Shown here: in pieces, positions 20,146-30,183 of the stretch | Layout of the letters: each line of letters begins with the position of its first letter | Position numbering within the stretch: position 1 is the first letter of the stretch | NCBI GenBank assembly: GCA_019057865.1 | Contig: JAHLWP010000018.1 | Coordinates: 9,052 to 73,051 of the forward strand | Length of the DNA: 64,000 nucleotides | From: Promethearchaeota archaeon | Lineage (GTDB): Archaea > Asgardarchaeota > Lokiarchaeia > Sigyniarchaeales > SOKP01 | Direction: 5' to 3' | The notes under the pieces: model-generated | What the model was told of the DNA's origin: nothing | Databases searched by the model: none | What the model saw: the letters and a program-made list of their open reading frames with translations, nothing else | Program-made: the position numbers and the translations under genes

Positions 20146-22035
20146 TTGAAAAGAGACAACGAAAAAATCAATAAAATTAAGGATTATGAAAAAATAGCTG
20201 CTGGAGAGGTTATTGAAAGACCTGCGAATGTTGTGAAAGAGTTAATAGAAAATAGTATAGATGCTGGAGCTAAAGAAATAAGAATTATCATTAAAAAAGC
20301 AGGAAAAACATTAATTCAAGTTATAGATGATGGTAAAGGTATTTCTCCTGATGATATGGAACTTGCCTTTGAAAGATATACTAGTAGTAAAATTCATAGT
20401 TTTGATGACTTGGAGAAGCTTTCAACTTTAGGATTTAGAGGAGAAGCATTAGCTAGTATATCAGCAGTAAGTCAAGTTGAAATTATTTCAAGAATTAAAG
20501 AGAATGAGAGAGGATTACAATTATTTATAGAAGGTGGGAAAGTTTTAAGAAAGAAAGAAATATCATGTCCCATTGGAACAAATATTAAAGTTAAGAATTT
20601 ATTCTATAATATTCCAGCTAGGAAAAAATTCCTTAAAAAAGATTACACAGAGTTAGGACATATCACAGATATTATACAAAGATATTCATTAGCTTATCCT
20701 GATTTTCAATTTATTTATCAACATAATGAGTTAACCATTTTAAATTGCCCTGCATCTAATGATTTAAAAACGACTGTTTTCCATATTTATGGGAAAAATA
20801 TTGCTAAATTTATGGAATATATTGATTATTCTGAAAAAGGAGAACTATTTAAAATATATGGATTAGTAGGTCAACCTCAAATTTCTAAAAAAGATAGAAC
20901 AGCATCTAGTTTTTTTCTTAATCGTAGATATGTTATTAGTGATATTATATTTCGAGCAATTAAAGAAGCATATAAAGGAACTTTGATGATAAATAAGCAT
21001 CCATTTTTCATATTATTCTTAGAGTTAAATCCATCATCCATAGATTTTAATATTCATCCGAAAAAGCTTTATATTAAGTTTGAAAGAGAAGATTATGTGA
21101 ATAATAAGGTTTATACCATTATCCGAGATTTTGTTGAAGAAAAGTTTATGAAACAGGAGCCGAAGTATTTAGATATTGAACTTGAAGATTTCATTCCTAA
21201 AGAAGAATTAATTGAGGAACTAAGTTCCAAAACTCAACAATCAGAAACAGGAAATCTTGAAACTGAAAAAGCTATATTAAAAACTGATGGAATAGTAGAG
21301 ACTGAAGAAAGTATTATTGATGAGTCTGTACAATTACATCTTTCTGAAGATATCATTAATCATAAAACCTTTAAAAAACAAATACCAGAAACATTTTTAC
21401 GAGAAAAATTTATAAAAAAGGAAAATTTTCCTAAAGTTCGCCTAATCTCTTCAACTGGCCAATTAAGTAATAAGATATATATTATATTAGAAGGTTTTAA
21501 TGAAACTAATGAACCTGGTTTATATATTCTAGATCAGCATGCTGCTTCTGAAAGAATAAATAAAGAAAAGCTACTAGAATCATATGAATCTTTAAAAACT
21601 AGCAAACAAAAACTTATCTCTCCATTGAAAATTGATGTTTCTCATAGTGAAAAATTCTTTTTGAGTGCCCATTTAGGTGAAATTAAAAAACTTGGATTTG
21701 ATTTTGAGCATTTTGGTGGAAATGCTTTCATTTTGCGAGAAATACCTACAATTATGGGAAAAGTTCCAGATATAAATGTAATAAAAGAGATAATTGCAGA
21801 TATAACAAAAATAGGTAAAGATAAAAGTTTTTCAGAGGTAAAAGAAGAGATCATTAATTATTTGGCTTGTCATAAAAGTATTCGAGGAGGAGATGATCTT
21901 TCTTTAGAAAATATTAGGGATCTCATAATTGAATTAGCTGATTGTAAGGATTCCTACCATTGTGCACATGGAAGACCTACATTGAGATTTCTCTCATTCA
22001 AAGAATTAGATAAGCTGTTTAAAAGAATAGTTTAA
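20146..22035 (+). CDS. mutL: DNA mismatch repair endonuclease MutL
   Basis: IAAGEVIERPANVVKELIENSIDAGA, GFRGEALAS, DQHAASER, ACHK, CAHGRP. Confidence 0.96.
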   Translation: MKRDNEKINKIKDYEKIAAGEVIERPANVVKELIENSIDAGAKEIRIIIKKAGKTLIQVIDDGKGISPDDMELAFERYTSSKIHSFDDLEKLSTLGFRGEALASISAVSQVEIISRIKENERGLQLFIEGGKVLRKKEISCPIGTNIKVKNLFYNIPARKKFLKKDYTELGHITDIIQRYSLAYPDFQFIYQHNELTILNCPASNDLKTTVFHIYGKNIAKFMEYIDYSEKGELFKIYGLVGQPQISKKDRTASSFFLNRRYVISDIIFRAIKEAYKGTLMINKHPFFILFLELNPSSIDFNIHPKKLYIKFEREDYVNNKVYTIIRDFVEEKFMKQEPKYLDIELEDFIPKEELIEELSSKTQQSETGNLETEKAILKTDGIVETEESIIDESVQLHLSEDIINHKTFKKQIPETFLREKFIKKENFPKVRLISSTGQLSNKIYIILEGFNETNEPGLYILDQHAASERINKEKLLESYESLKTSKQKLISPLKIDVSHSEKFFLSAHLGEIKKLGFDFEHFGGNAFILREIPTIMGKVPDINVIKEIIADITKIGKDKSFSEVKEEIINYLACHKSIRGGDDLSLENIRDLIIELADCKDSYHCAHGRPTLRFLSFKELDKLFKRIV

Positions 22036-22065
22036 TGCATAAAAACAAGAAATTTTATTATTCAT

Positions 22066-22341
22066 TTATGCTTTTGAAAAAGCAATACCCTCAATTCCTT
22101 GTAAACCATCAACTTGTCCAAACAGTTCTTCAATTCTATCTGTACCACCCCATTCTTCTGGATATCGGACTCGAACTCTTGCTTTTTCTAGACCAAAAGC
22201 AACGGGTAAAACTTCATACATCTCAATTGAACATGTGTTTGGTAAAACATTTCTTAAATCTTTGATTAATTTTTCAAAATCTGCATCTGTATCTTCTGGA
22301 ATAACATCTACTAAAGCAATAAACTCTCCCACATTAATCAC
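22066..22341 (-). CDS. ef1b: Archaeal elongation factor 1-beta
   Basis: PVAFGL, GGTDRIEE; adjacent to a DUF1610 zinc ribbon as in many archaea. Confidence 0.88.
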   Translation of the reverse strand: MINVGEFIALVDVIPEDTDADFEKLIKDLRNVLPNTCSIEMYEVLPVAFGLEKARVRVRYPEEWGGTDRIEELFGQVDGLQGIEGIAFSKA

Positions 22342-22362
22342 TTAATTTTTTTCTAAGAACTT

Positions 22363-22539
22363 TTAAGGTCCCTCAAATTCACATTTTAAACATCTATAGG
22401 TTTTTCCCATCACTCTACAGCGTTCACATCTCCAAATTGTTACATCTCCACACTCTGGACATGGAAAATGTACTGCTGCTTCGAATGGGACAATTGGTCG
22501 CCCACATCCAGAACAAGTATTTTTCCTTAAACTTGACAT
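22363..22539 (-). CDS. Small zinc-finger protein (DUF1610/HVO_2753-like), 58 aa, below ORF-track cut-off
   Basis: MSSLRKNTCSGCGRPIVPFEAAVHFPCPECGDVTIWRCERCRVMGKTYRCLKCEFEGP: four CxxC and terminal FEGP; canonical position upstream of aEF-1beta. Confidence 0.9.
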   Translation of the reverse strand: MSSLRKNTCSGCGRPIVPFEAAVHFPCPECGDVTIWRCERCRVMGKTYRCLKCEFEGP

Positions 22540-22806
22540 CGTAATTTATTATAAGCCTTGTAAAATATAATGGCTAAGAAAATAACTTATAACTTTAATT
22601 GTTTTCGGTTTTAAAACCTAGCTTTAAACTAATTAAATTATGATTTTTTCAATAAATCTCTCAATTATTTTAAGTAAAACATTTTAATCTTGCATAGTTA
22701 ATTAAAATTTAAATTGAAAAACAACATAATTTACATATAAATTATCTAATTAATTTTAAAATAATCATTAAAAAATTGGCTTAAATATTGTAAAAGGTGA
22801 AAAGCG

Positions 22807-23334
22807 ATACCAGAAAACAAGGTAAAGAAGTATTTCTCATTAATAGAGGCGTGGGCGTGGTGTGATATATGTGAGGATATGGTTGCTTTAAAGCTTGACA
22901 AGAAGGAAATTATTAATGGACTTCAAATGGGAATATATACAAAAGAATTTAAACATGCTAACCAATATCCTGATACTGAAGATCCAGATGATTTATCTGG
23001 ACAAGAACATAAGATTTATGTCTATATTAATGATAATTATGATATAACGGGTGTAAAGAGTTTCTTTGGAGAATCTCCGAGTACAGAGGAAATCGGAGCC
23101 GCAGTGCAAGCAGGAGGTGAAGTGAGGATACCTGTTGTTGTTAAAGATATTCCTCCAATGAGTGTACAGTTAGGGATGCTTACTAAAGAGGAGTTTAAAG
23201 TTTTAAAAATTTGTGATGGGATGAATACAATTGAAACAGTCGCAGAGATTGCTCAGAAAAGTGTAGAAAAAATAGAAAAAATGATGGAGAAGCTCAGAAG
23301 TAAAGGATTGGTAAAGGTTATAAAAAGAACGTAA
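22807..23334 (+). CDS. Hypothetical protein: N-terminal CxxC/His putative Zn domain plus C-terminal winged HTH; probable ATA start
   Basis: Frame is open upstream of ATG22879 to ATA22807, adding PENKVKKYFSLIEAWAWCDICED; SD AAGGTGA 6 nt upstream; C-terminal CDGMNTIETVAEIAQ...LRSKGLV. Confidence 0.7.
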   Translation: MPENKVKKYFSLIEAWAWCDICEDMVALKLDKKEIINGLQMGIYTKEFKHANQYPDTEDPDDLSGQEHKIYVYINDNYDITGVKSFFGESPSTEEIGAAVQAGGEVRIPVVVKDIPPMSVQLGMLTKEEFKVLKICDGMNTIETVAEIAQKSVEKIEKMMEKLRSKGLVKVIKRT

Positions 23335-23398
23335 AGAAATACATTCAACCTTATGTTATTTTTAGATAGAAATTTTACTATTCAATTTTCTCTTAATT

Positions 23399-24166
23399 TT
23401 ATAATTTTTCCCCATATAAGACTAAGTGTCGTGATAACCCTTTAATTGACGGTTCTTTACTCAATTTTAAGACCATCTTTATTGTTTGCTTAAAGAATTT
23501 TTCATCCCAGGTATGAGAATCTAGAATTTTTTTTGGAATATGGAGCACATCTGTCCAGACACAAACTCCATATATATCAATAACTTTAATTCCTTCTTCC
23601 TCAAACCAATTTTTTACTTCTTCAGGGCTTAAAACTATATAACTTCCTTCTGGATCTTCTAAGCAACTTGGTATAGACTCGATTGAAGATAATAATTTAT
23701 CTGGATTTTTATAAAAGCTATTTATAACTGCAGTCCATTTATTTACAAGGAATATTGAGATTATACCACCTTTTTTAGTTACTCGCATTAGTTCTTTTGC
23801 TGCTAACCCTTCTATATCATCAATATTTCCGTCCCAAGAAATAACAAAATCAAACATTTCATCTTTAAAATGGAGACTACGAGTATCGCACTTACAAAAT
23901 TTTACTTTATCTAATACTCCTTCTCTTTGCATTTTTAGTTCTGCCACCTCCAACATTTTAGGAGAAATATCGCATAAAGTCACTGAATACCCCATCTTGA
24001 CTAATGGTAAGGTTATTCTTCCCGTTCCTCCCGCGGCATCTAAAATTTGTGTTTTTCTATTTTCAGGTAAAAAGTTCTTTAAGATCTCCCAATCAACATA
24101 ATGTTCAATAGCACCCTGAAAGGTCTTATAATACTCATCATATCTACAAGCACGATTATTCCACAT
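23399..24166 (-). CDS. Class I SAM-dependent methyltransferase
   Basis: ILDAAGGTG, LCDIS, FDFVI. Confidence 0.85.
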   Translation of the reverse strand: MWNNRACRYDEYYKTFQGAIEHYVDWEILKNFLPENRKTQILDAAGGTGRITLPLVKMGYSVTLCDISPKMLEVAELKMQREGVLDKVKFCKCDTRSLHFKDEMFDFVISWDGNIDDIEGLAAKELMRVTKKGGIISIFLVNKWTAVINSFYKNPDKLLSSIESIPSCLEDPEGSYIVLSPEEVKNWFEEEGIKVIDIYGVCVWTDVLHIPKKILDSHTWDEKFFKQTIKMVLKLSKEPSIKGLSRHLVLYGEKL

Positions 24167-24306
24167 TAAATTAATCCTTTCACCCTTTTTTAATTAAGTT
24201 TCAAATCAAAAAATTATTCCAAAAGACATTTTTAAAATTAATCTATAAATAAAAAACTAAATAAAAAGAAAAGAGTTATGAATGTTAAGTTGAAAATTTT
24301 GATAAA

Positions 24307-24840
24307 TTAAACCTTTCCTGCATTTTCTATCATTTTACGTGTAATAAGTTCAAATACCTCATCAACATTATCACCAGTTCTGGATGAACACTCAATATAT
24401 CCATGTAAGTTGTGAGATTTTGATACCTCAATAGCATCTTCAGCAGGTACAGAACGTTTTTCATTTAAATCTAATTTTCCCCCCACCATAATAAGTGGTA
24501 TCTGAAGTTGTGTTTTCGATGCGCTATGCTTAAAAAAAGAGAGCCAATCATCTATATTTTTCATACTGGTATATCTTGTTATGTCAAACATAAAAATACC
24601 TCCATCTGCTCCCTTAGCAAAACTAGGTAAAAGAATTCTAAAGCGATCTTCTCCAGCAAAATCCCATATACGAAGAACAGCTGTCTTTCCTTCAATTTCT
24701 AATTCTTTAACACTAAAGTCTGCTCCTATTGTCATCTTTAAATCCTCATTGAATACTCGAGTAAGAAATCTATTTGTTAATGTGGTCTTTCCGACTCCAC
24801 CATCACCGAAGAGGCACAATTTAAATTTAATTTTTCCCAT
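24307..24840 (-). CDS. Rab/Ras-like small GTPase
   Basis: GDGGVGKT, TIGADF, WDFAGEDRF, GGKLDL, ECSSRTG; no prenylation tail. Confidence 0.93.
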   Translation of the reverse strand: MGKIKFKLCLFGDGGVGKTTLTNRFLTRVFNEDLKMTIGADFSVKELEIEGKTAVLRIWDFAGEDRFRILLPSFAKGADGGIFMFDITRYTSMKNIDDWLSFFKHSASKTQLQIPLIMVGGKLDLNEKRSVPAEDAIEVSKSHNLHGYIECSSRTGDNVDEVFELITRKMIENAGKV

Positions 24841-24953
24841 TGCTATAACACCGTATTAATCTAGAAAACTTATAAAATAAATAATTATCATTAATCTTAT
24901 TTAAACTAAATATATAATAAATTTTTAAAAAGTCACATTCAACTTTAATCTAA

Positions 24954-25385
24954 TTATTTAATGATATCCGTTATAAAACAAGTTTCTATTATCTTAATTC
25001 CTTGGATTTGTGAAATTTTATCTTCAATAAGTGGATTAAACTCTTCAATTGATGGAATGTCAACTTTCAATAAGAGTCCACAATCTCCTGATAACCGCCA
25101 AATATTAGTAATTTCATCAACTTTGGATAATTCTCTCAAGATTCTTTTAACCTCCTTAAAATCGGGAATAATTTTTACGGTAGCACTAATTTTTTGTTTT
25201 GTATCTATGTTATACTCAACTGTAAAGCGTTTTATAATACCCTCATCAAGGAGTTTCTTAACACGCCTTCGTACAGTAGCCTCTGTTTTATCTATCTTTT
25301 TACTGATATCATTGAATGAAATTCTACTATTACTTTTTAATTCTTCTAAAATTTTAAGATCGATTAAATCTATTTTTTTCGACAA
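24954..25385 (-). CDS. Lrp/AsnC-family transcriptional regulator
   Basis: DLIDLKILEELKSNSRISF..TEATVRRRVKKL; RAM domain LSGDCGLL. Confidence 0.9.
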   Translation of the reverse strand: MSKKIDLIDLKILEELKSNSRISFNDISKKIDKTEATVRRRVKKLLDEGIIKRFTVEYNIDTKQKISATVKIIPDFKEVKRILRELSKVDEITNIWRLSGDCGLLLKVDIPSIEEFNPLIEDKISQIQGIKIIETCFITDIIK

Positions 25386-25551
25386 TTTTTAAACTTTTTT
25401 TGTTGAATTCTTACAACTTAGTTATAAATTGTGATAAATTATTTAATAAATTATGTCTTTTTCAGAAAAGAATTAAATTTAACTACTTTAATTGAAAAAA
25501 CAAGAGAAAAAACAATATTTGAATTATTAAAAATTGTTATACAAGAACTGA

Positions 25552-26598
25552 TCAGTACGAGATACTTAGTCCTTTTTTTATATTCTTTTTTATATATACA
25601 TATATCTCTTCTTCACTAATAATATTATTCCTCAAATCTAAAGAACGTAGATCCTTTAAACATTCAATTCCTTCAATTCTTTCTAGTGTAGCAATTTGAT
25701 TTTTGTAGAGATATAAAGTTCTAAGGTTATTTAAGGTTTCAAGCCCTTCAATTTTAGAAATTTGATTTTCACCAAGATTTAATTCATGCAGATTTTCTAA
25801 ATTCTCAAGACCTTCTATTTCAGCAATATTATTGCCCTGAAGAGCAAGATAACTAAGATTAAATAAAGAAATAAGCCCTATTATTTTGGATACATTGTTT
25901 TCGCTGAGATCCAAGATTATTAAGTTCTTTAATTTGTCAAGTCCTTTTATCTCAGCAATTTGATTATTGCATAAATACAATTCAGTAAGGTTGGTTAGTT
26001 TATCAAGCCCTTTTATCTCTTTTATTTGATTTTCTTCAAGATGCAAACGTTCTAACTTAGAAAAATTCTCCATGAAATCTATTTCCTCAATTTGATTACC
26101 ACGAAGATCCAGATATTTTAGTTCAGTTAGATCTCCTAAACCGATAAAATCACTTACTTTTTTTACGTCTAACCCTATTATTGCAATTTTTACTAATTCT
26201 TCATCTTCTATTACATAATCCAAGAAATTGCGTCCACATCTATTTTTAAAAAATAAAATAGTCTTACATTTAACATAGATCTCTATGAGCCAATCAACAC
26301 TTTGCGGTAAATTCACTCAATCATAAAAATGATTAAGAATCTGTGGATGCTTTTTTTTAATTTTTTCTAATTCCTTTCTCAAAAATTCCAGCAGGAAATC
26401 TGAGATTTTATGCTGTTTTGAACCAATTTCTCCTAATATTTCAACACTTTTGATTCTATTATCTTCATTCTTATCATTCTCTATAATAGAGATTAATCGT
26501 TCAGAGGCTATTTCTTCATCCAATTTTCCATTTTTATAAGAATCATAAATTAATTCTGGATTTAAATTTGATTTCACATTAAATAAAGAGTAATCCAT
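25552..26598 (-). pseudogene. HEAT-like + Sds22-type LRR gene interrupted by one in-frame TGA (26317-26319); nonsense allele or recoded
   Basis: ORFs 26317..26598 and 25552..26316 abut in the same frame (NHFYD*VNLPQ); the joined product has the same architecture as intact paralog 56489..57946. Confidence 0.7.
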
Positions 26599-26978
26599 CT
26601 ATTTAAACTTATCTTAAAGGTTACAAGAATATAAGATTGACTTTTGACCTCATGTAATTTTTGACTTTTAAATTTTTAATTACATCAATTGGATTTACTA
26701 TAATTAGTATTTTTGTTAGATTTATCACTTTTTTTGTTATATTTTGATAATAATAGGTGATTCAGATCATAAATTTGTCTTAAGAAATGGTAAATATTAT
26801 TATCGATCAATTATCATGTTGGATTCGTATATTCCTTCCTTTCTCGATTATTTTTTTGTTTGATAATGTGCAAAATGATCATATTTAAATATAAAATTAT
26901 CTAATTATAATAATAGATATAAAATTATGATTTTAACATCACAATTAAAAAATTATATAAAAAGTGAGGAATGATAAA

Positions 26979-27248
26979 ATGTGTAATAATTGTAATTGCG
27001 ATGCTTTTGACCAATGTTCAATAGTGGGATATATGCCTGTTGGATTTTGTTGTTCAAAGTGTGTGTTATACGATCAAGTCCATACTTGTTTATCTTTTAA
27101 ATCAAAACCTAAAATGGGTGTAGGAGAATCAGAAAGAATCGAACCAGTATCTATAACAATAGAAGATGGGTTACTAAAAGTGGTTCTTAAAAAGGAAAAA
27201 AAGGAGTTTCCAATTTATATAGACCTTCAAAAGCAATTTGAAAAATAA
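26979..27248 (+). CDS. Small Cys-rich hypothetical protein upstream of hdrC
   Basis: MCNNCNC...C...CCSKC...HTC; GTGAGGA upstream. Confidence 0.65.
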   Translation: MCNNCNCDAFDQCSIVGYMPVGFCCSKCVLYDQVHTCLSFKSKPKMGVGESERIEPVSITIEDGLLKVVLKKEKKEFPIYIDLQKQFEK

Positions 27249-27429
27249 AAACTATATTTTATTTTTTTTGGATTTGGTACTTAATTCATTTACTTTTTTA
27301 GCAATTTCCATATTTTTAAAGGAGATTGTGATAATTTATACCAAATTTGTAAATATTTCTTTTCTGAATTATGTAAAAAATTTAATAAATTTAAAATATT
27401 AAAGTAGAATAAAAATAGAAGAATTAATA

Positions 27430-27942
27430 GTGTACATTGACATGAGTGTCATAAATTTTGATTTTAGAAATCAGGTTATTAAGCATAATGCTTCTTTGAG
27501 TTATTGTTATCAATGTTCAACTTGCTCAGGGGGGTGCCCGGTTGCTTTATTGACAAATGGAGAGTATAATCCAAGAAAGATAATAGAAGAAGCGATTTTA
27601 GGGCTTCAAGATAAATTAGTCAGAGTTCAAGATCCAAATCCATGGTTATGTTCAACATGTCAGAAATGTGTTGAGTTATGTCCTCAAAAAGTGGAGTTAA
27701 CAGAGATTTTTACTTTGATAAAAAACAAATGCTTCGAGGAGGGAAAGTATCCTGAAGCATTTCATGCACAAGGTCAAGCAGTACTAGAAAACGGTATTGC
27801 TATTCCTTATTCAAAAGCAGTACTTTCAAGAAGAGAAAAGTTAGGACTTCCAATAATAACAACAGCCCCAATTGAGGAGATAAAAACTCTTTTAAGAGAA
27901 ACAAATTTTGAACAAAATATTATAAAAAGGGAGGCTGAATAA
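27430..27942 (+). CDS. hdrC: Heterodisulfide reductase subunit C
   Basis: CYQCSTCSGGCP, WLCSTCQKCVELCPQ; precedes hdrB. Confidence 0.9.
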   Translation: MYIDMSVINFDFRNQVIKHNASLSYCYQCSTCSGGCPVALLTNGEYNPRKIIEEAILGLQDKLVRVQDPNPWLCSTCQKCVELCPQKVELTEIFTLIKNKCFEEGKYPEAFHAQGQAVLENGIAIPYSKAVLSRREKLGLPIITTAPIEEIKTLLRETNFEQNIIKREAE

Positions 27943-27944
27943 AA

Positions 27945-28814
27945 ATGTCTTATGATTTATTTTTAGGGTGTGTAATTCCGGCAAGATTACCTTTTTTAGA
28001 GGCCTCTTCCAGAAAGGTTTTTGAAAAACTTGGAATTAAACTGAATGATGTAGAGGGGTTTAGCTGCTGTCCTGATCCAACAGGAATCGAACAAATAGAT
28101 CGTACAACCTGGTTAACTTTAGGAGCAAGAAATCTGAGTTTATGTAAAAATAACGGTGGAGTCATTTCATTTTGTTCAGGGTGTGTCGAGACCTTGAAAG
28201 GAGTAAACTATTTTATCAATAAAGATCTTACTACGAAAAAAGAAATCAATAGACATCTGCAAAAAGTTGGAAAAGTTTATGAAGGCAAAACGGAAGTGAA
28301 ACATTTTGCGGAGATACTTTATGAAAATCTTGAGAATATAAAAAAAAGTGTTGAAAAACCGTTAGAAGGTTTTAAAGTTGCTGTTCATTATGGTTGTCAC
28401 TATTTAAGGCCTTCAGAAATTATAGAATGGGATGATCCATTTGAACCAATTACAATTGATGAAATTGTAAAGGCACTTGGAGCAGAATCAGTAGAATATG
28501 ATTTGAAAATGGAGTGTTGTGGAAATCCTGTTGAAAAATCTGATAGAGATTTGTCTCTCTTAATGATTGATAATAAATTAAAAGCTATAGAAAATGCCGG
28601 AGCTAACTGTGTTGCTGTGGTTTGTCCTGCATGCTATCAGCAGTATGAATTTAATCAAAGAGAACTAAATAAGAGAAACAATACAGAGTATAATTTACCA
28701 ATTTTTTATCTTTCGGAGCTTGTTGCTTTGGCTTTTGGATTCTCTCCTGAAGATATTGGTTTAAATTTTCACAGAATTAAGCCAAATGAGTTATTTGAGA
28801 GTATTCACTTTTAA
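27945..28814 (+). CDS. hdrB: Heterodisulfide reductase subunit B
   Basis: FLGC, SCCP, HYGCHYLRP, ECCG, CPAC (CCG domains). Confidence 0.92.
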   Translation: MSYDLFLGCVIPARLPFLEASSRKVFEKLGIKLNDVEGFSCCPDPTGIEQIDRTTWLTLGARNLSLCKNNGGVISFCSGCVETLKGVNYFINKDLTTKKEINRHLQKVGKVYEGKTEVKHFAEILYENLENIKKSVEKPLEGFKVAVHYGCHYLRPSEIIEWDDPFEPITIDEIVKALGAESVEYDLKMECCGNPVEKSDRDLSLLMIDNKLKAIENAGANCVAVVCPACYQQYEFNQRELNKRNNTEYNLPIFYLSELVALAFGFSPEDIGLNFHRIKPNELFESIHF

Positions 28815-28869
28815 TTAGAAATTTTTTAAAGTTTAAAATTCAAAAATATAAAAATTTAAGGAGTTTGTT

Positions 28870-30177
28870 ATGGAAAAGGTTTCTAAAAGCGCATTAGTTA
28901 TAGGAGGAGGAATAGCTGGAATTCAAGCAGCTTTAGATCTAGCAGATATGGGCATTCATGTAGATATGGTGGAAAAAAAACCTTGCATAGGAGGAAGGAT
29001 GGCCCAATTAGATAAAACTTTTCCTACTAATGATTGTTCAATTTGTATATTAGCACCAAAATTATCAGAATGCTATAGACATCCAAATATTACTCTTTAT
29101 TCTTATTCTGAAGTTCAAAAGGTTGAAGGGTCAGCAGGTAATTTTTCAGCAGAAATTCTTAAGCGTGCCCGTTATATTAAAGAAGAGGAATGTATAAATT
29201 GTGGTCTCTGCGTTGAAAAATGCCCTATGAGAGTAGAGGATGAATTTGATAGAGAACTTAGGAAAAGAAGGGCTATTTATATGTATTATCTTCAAGGTGT
29301 TCCTGCGATTATGACAATAGATAAGGAGAAATGTTTATGGTTTACCAAGAATGCTTGTAGGATTTGTGAAAAAACGTGTGAGAGAGAAGCAATTGATTTT
29401 GAACAAGAAGATCAAATAATTAGGTTAGAAAATATTGGTTCTATTATTATAGCCACTGGATATAATTTAATCGAAGATATAGATAATGAAATATTAAAAA
29501 ATTACGGATATCAAAAATATAGAAATGTCGTTACTGCTTTAGAATTTGAAAGAATGTTAAGTGCATCTGGTCCTCAAGATGGTCATATAAAAAGATTTTC
29601 TGATAATGAAGAGCCTGAAAAAATAGCATATCTTCAATGTATTGGTTCTCGCACAGATAGAGCAGGGCAATATTGTTCTGCGATTTGCTGTATGTATACC
29701 ACTAAAGAAGCAATGATTGCGTATGAACATAATAATGATTTGGAATCTTATGTTTTTTATATAGATATGAGAGCTGGAGGGAAAGGCTTTCAATCATTTC
29801 TTCGAAGAGGAGAAGCAGAATATAATATTAAATATGTTAAAAGTAAGGTTGCTCAAATTACAATTGATGATCAAGAAAATCCAATTATTATATATGAGGA
29901 TTTAGATAAGGGAGAGATAAAACTATTAAAAGTAGGTTTAGTTGTTTTAGCCACTTGCATAGTTCCTCCTGAGGGGATTAAAAATTTGGCAGAAATATTA
30001 GGAATTGAATTAAACGAATATAATTTTATTAAAACACAGCCATTTGTTCCTGTCGAAACCAGTCGTGATGGTATATTTACGTGTGGGTGCGTACACGAAC
30101 CGATGGACATTCCGCGCTCTGTTGCTGAGGGGAGTGGTGCTGCAGCAAGAGCAGCAGAAGTTATTAGAGGAGGATAA
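28870..30177 (+). CDS. hdrA: HdrA-family flavoprotein, stand-alone module A (FAD + inserted ferredoxin)
   Basis: GGGIAG, QLDKTFPTNDCSIC, LEFER, QCIGSR, CSAICCMY. Confidence 0.88.
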   Translation: MEKVSKSALVIGGGIAGIQAALDLADMGIHVDMVEKKPCIGGRMAQLDKTFPTNDCSICILAPKLSECYRHPNITLYSYSEVQKVEGSAGNFSAEILKRARYIKEEECINCGLCVEKCPMRVEDEFDRELRKRRAIYMYYLQGVPAIMTIDKEKCLWFTKNACRICEKTCEREAIDFEQEDQIIRLENIGSIIIATGYNLIEDIDNEILKNYGYQKYRNVVTALEFERMLSASGPQDGHIKRFSDNEEPEKIAYLQCIGSRTDRAGQYCSAICCMYTTKEAMIAYEHNNDLESYVFYIDMRAGGKGFQSFLRRGEAEYNIKYVKSKVAQITIDDQENPIIIYEDLDKGEIKLLKVGLVVLATCIVPPEGIKNLAEILGIELNEYNFIKTQPFVPVETSRDGIFTCGCVHEPMDIPRSVAEGSGAAARAAEVIRGG

Positions 30178-30183
30178 ATTAAA

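Noticed and set aside
24961-25392. 143-aa plus-strand ORF and the many other short antisense ORFs inside hdrA, mutS, kinase and por genes
   Set aside because: They lie opposite or within well-supported genes and have no recognisable motifs.
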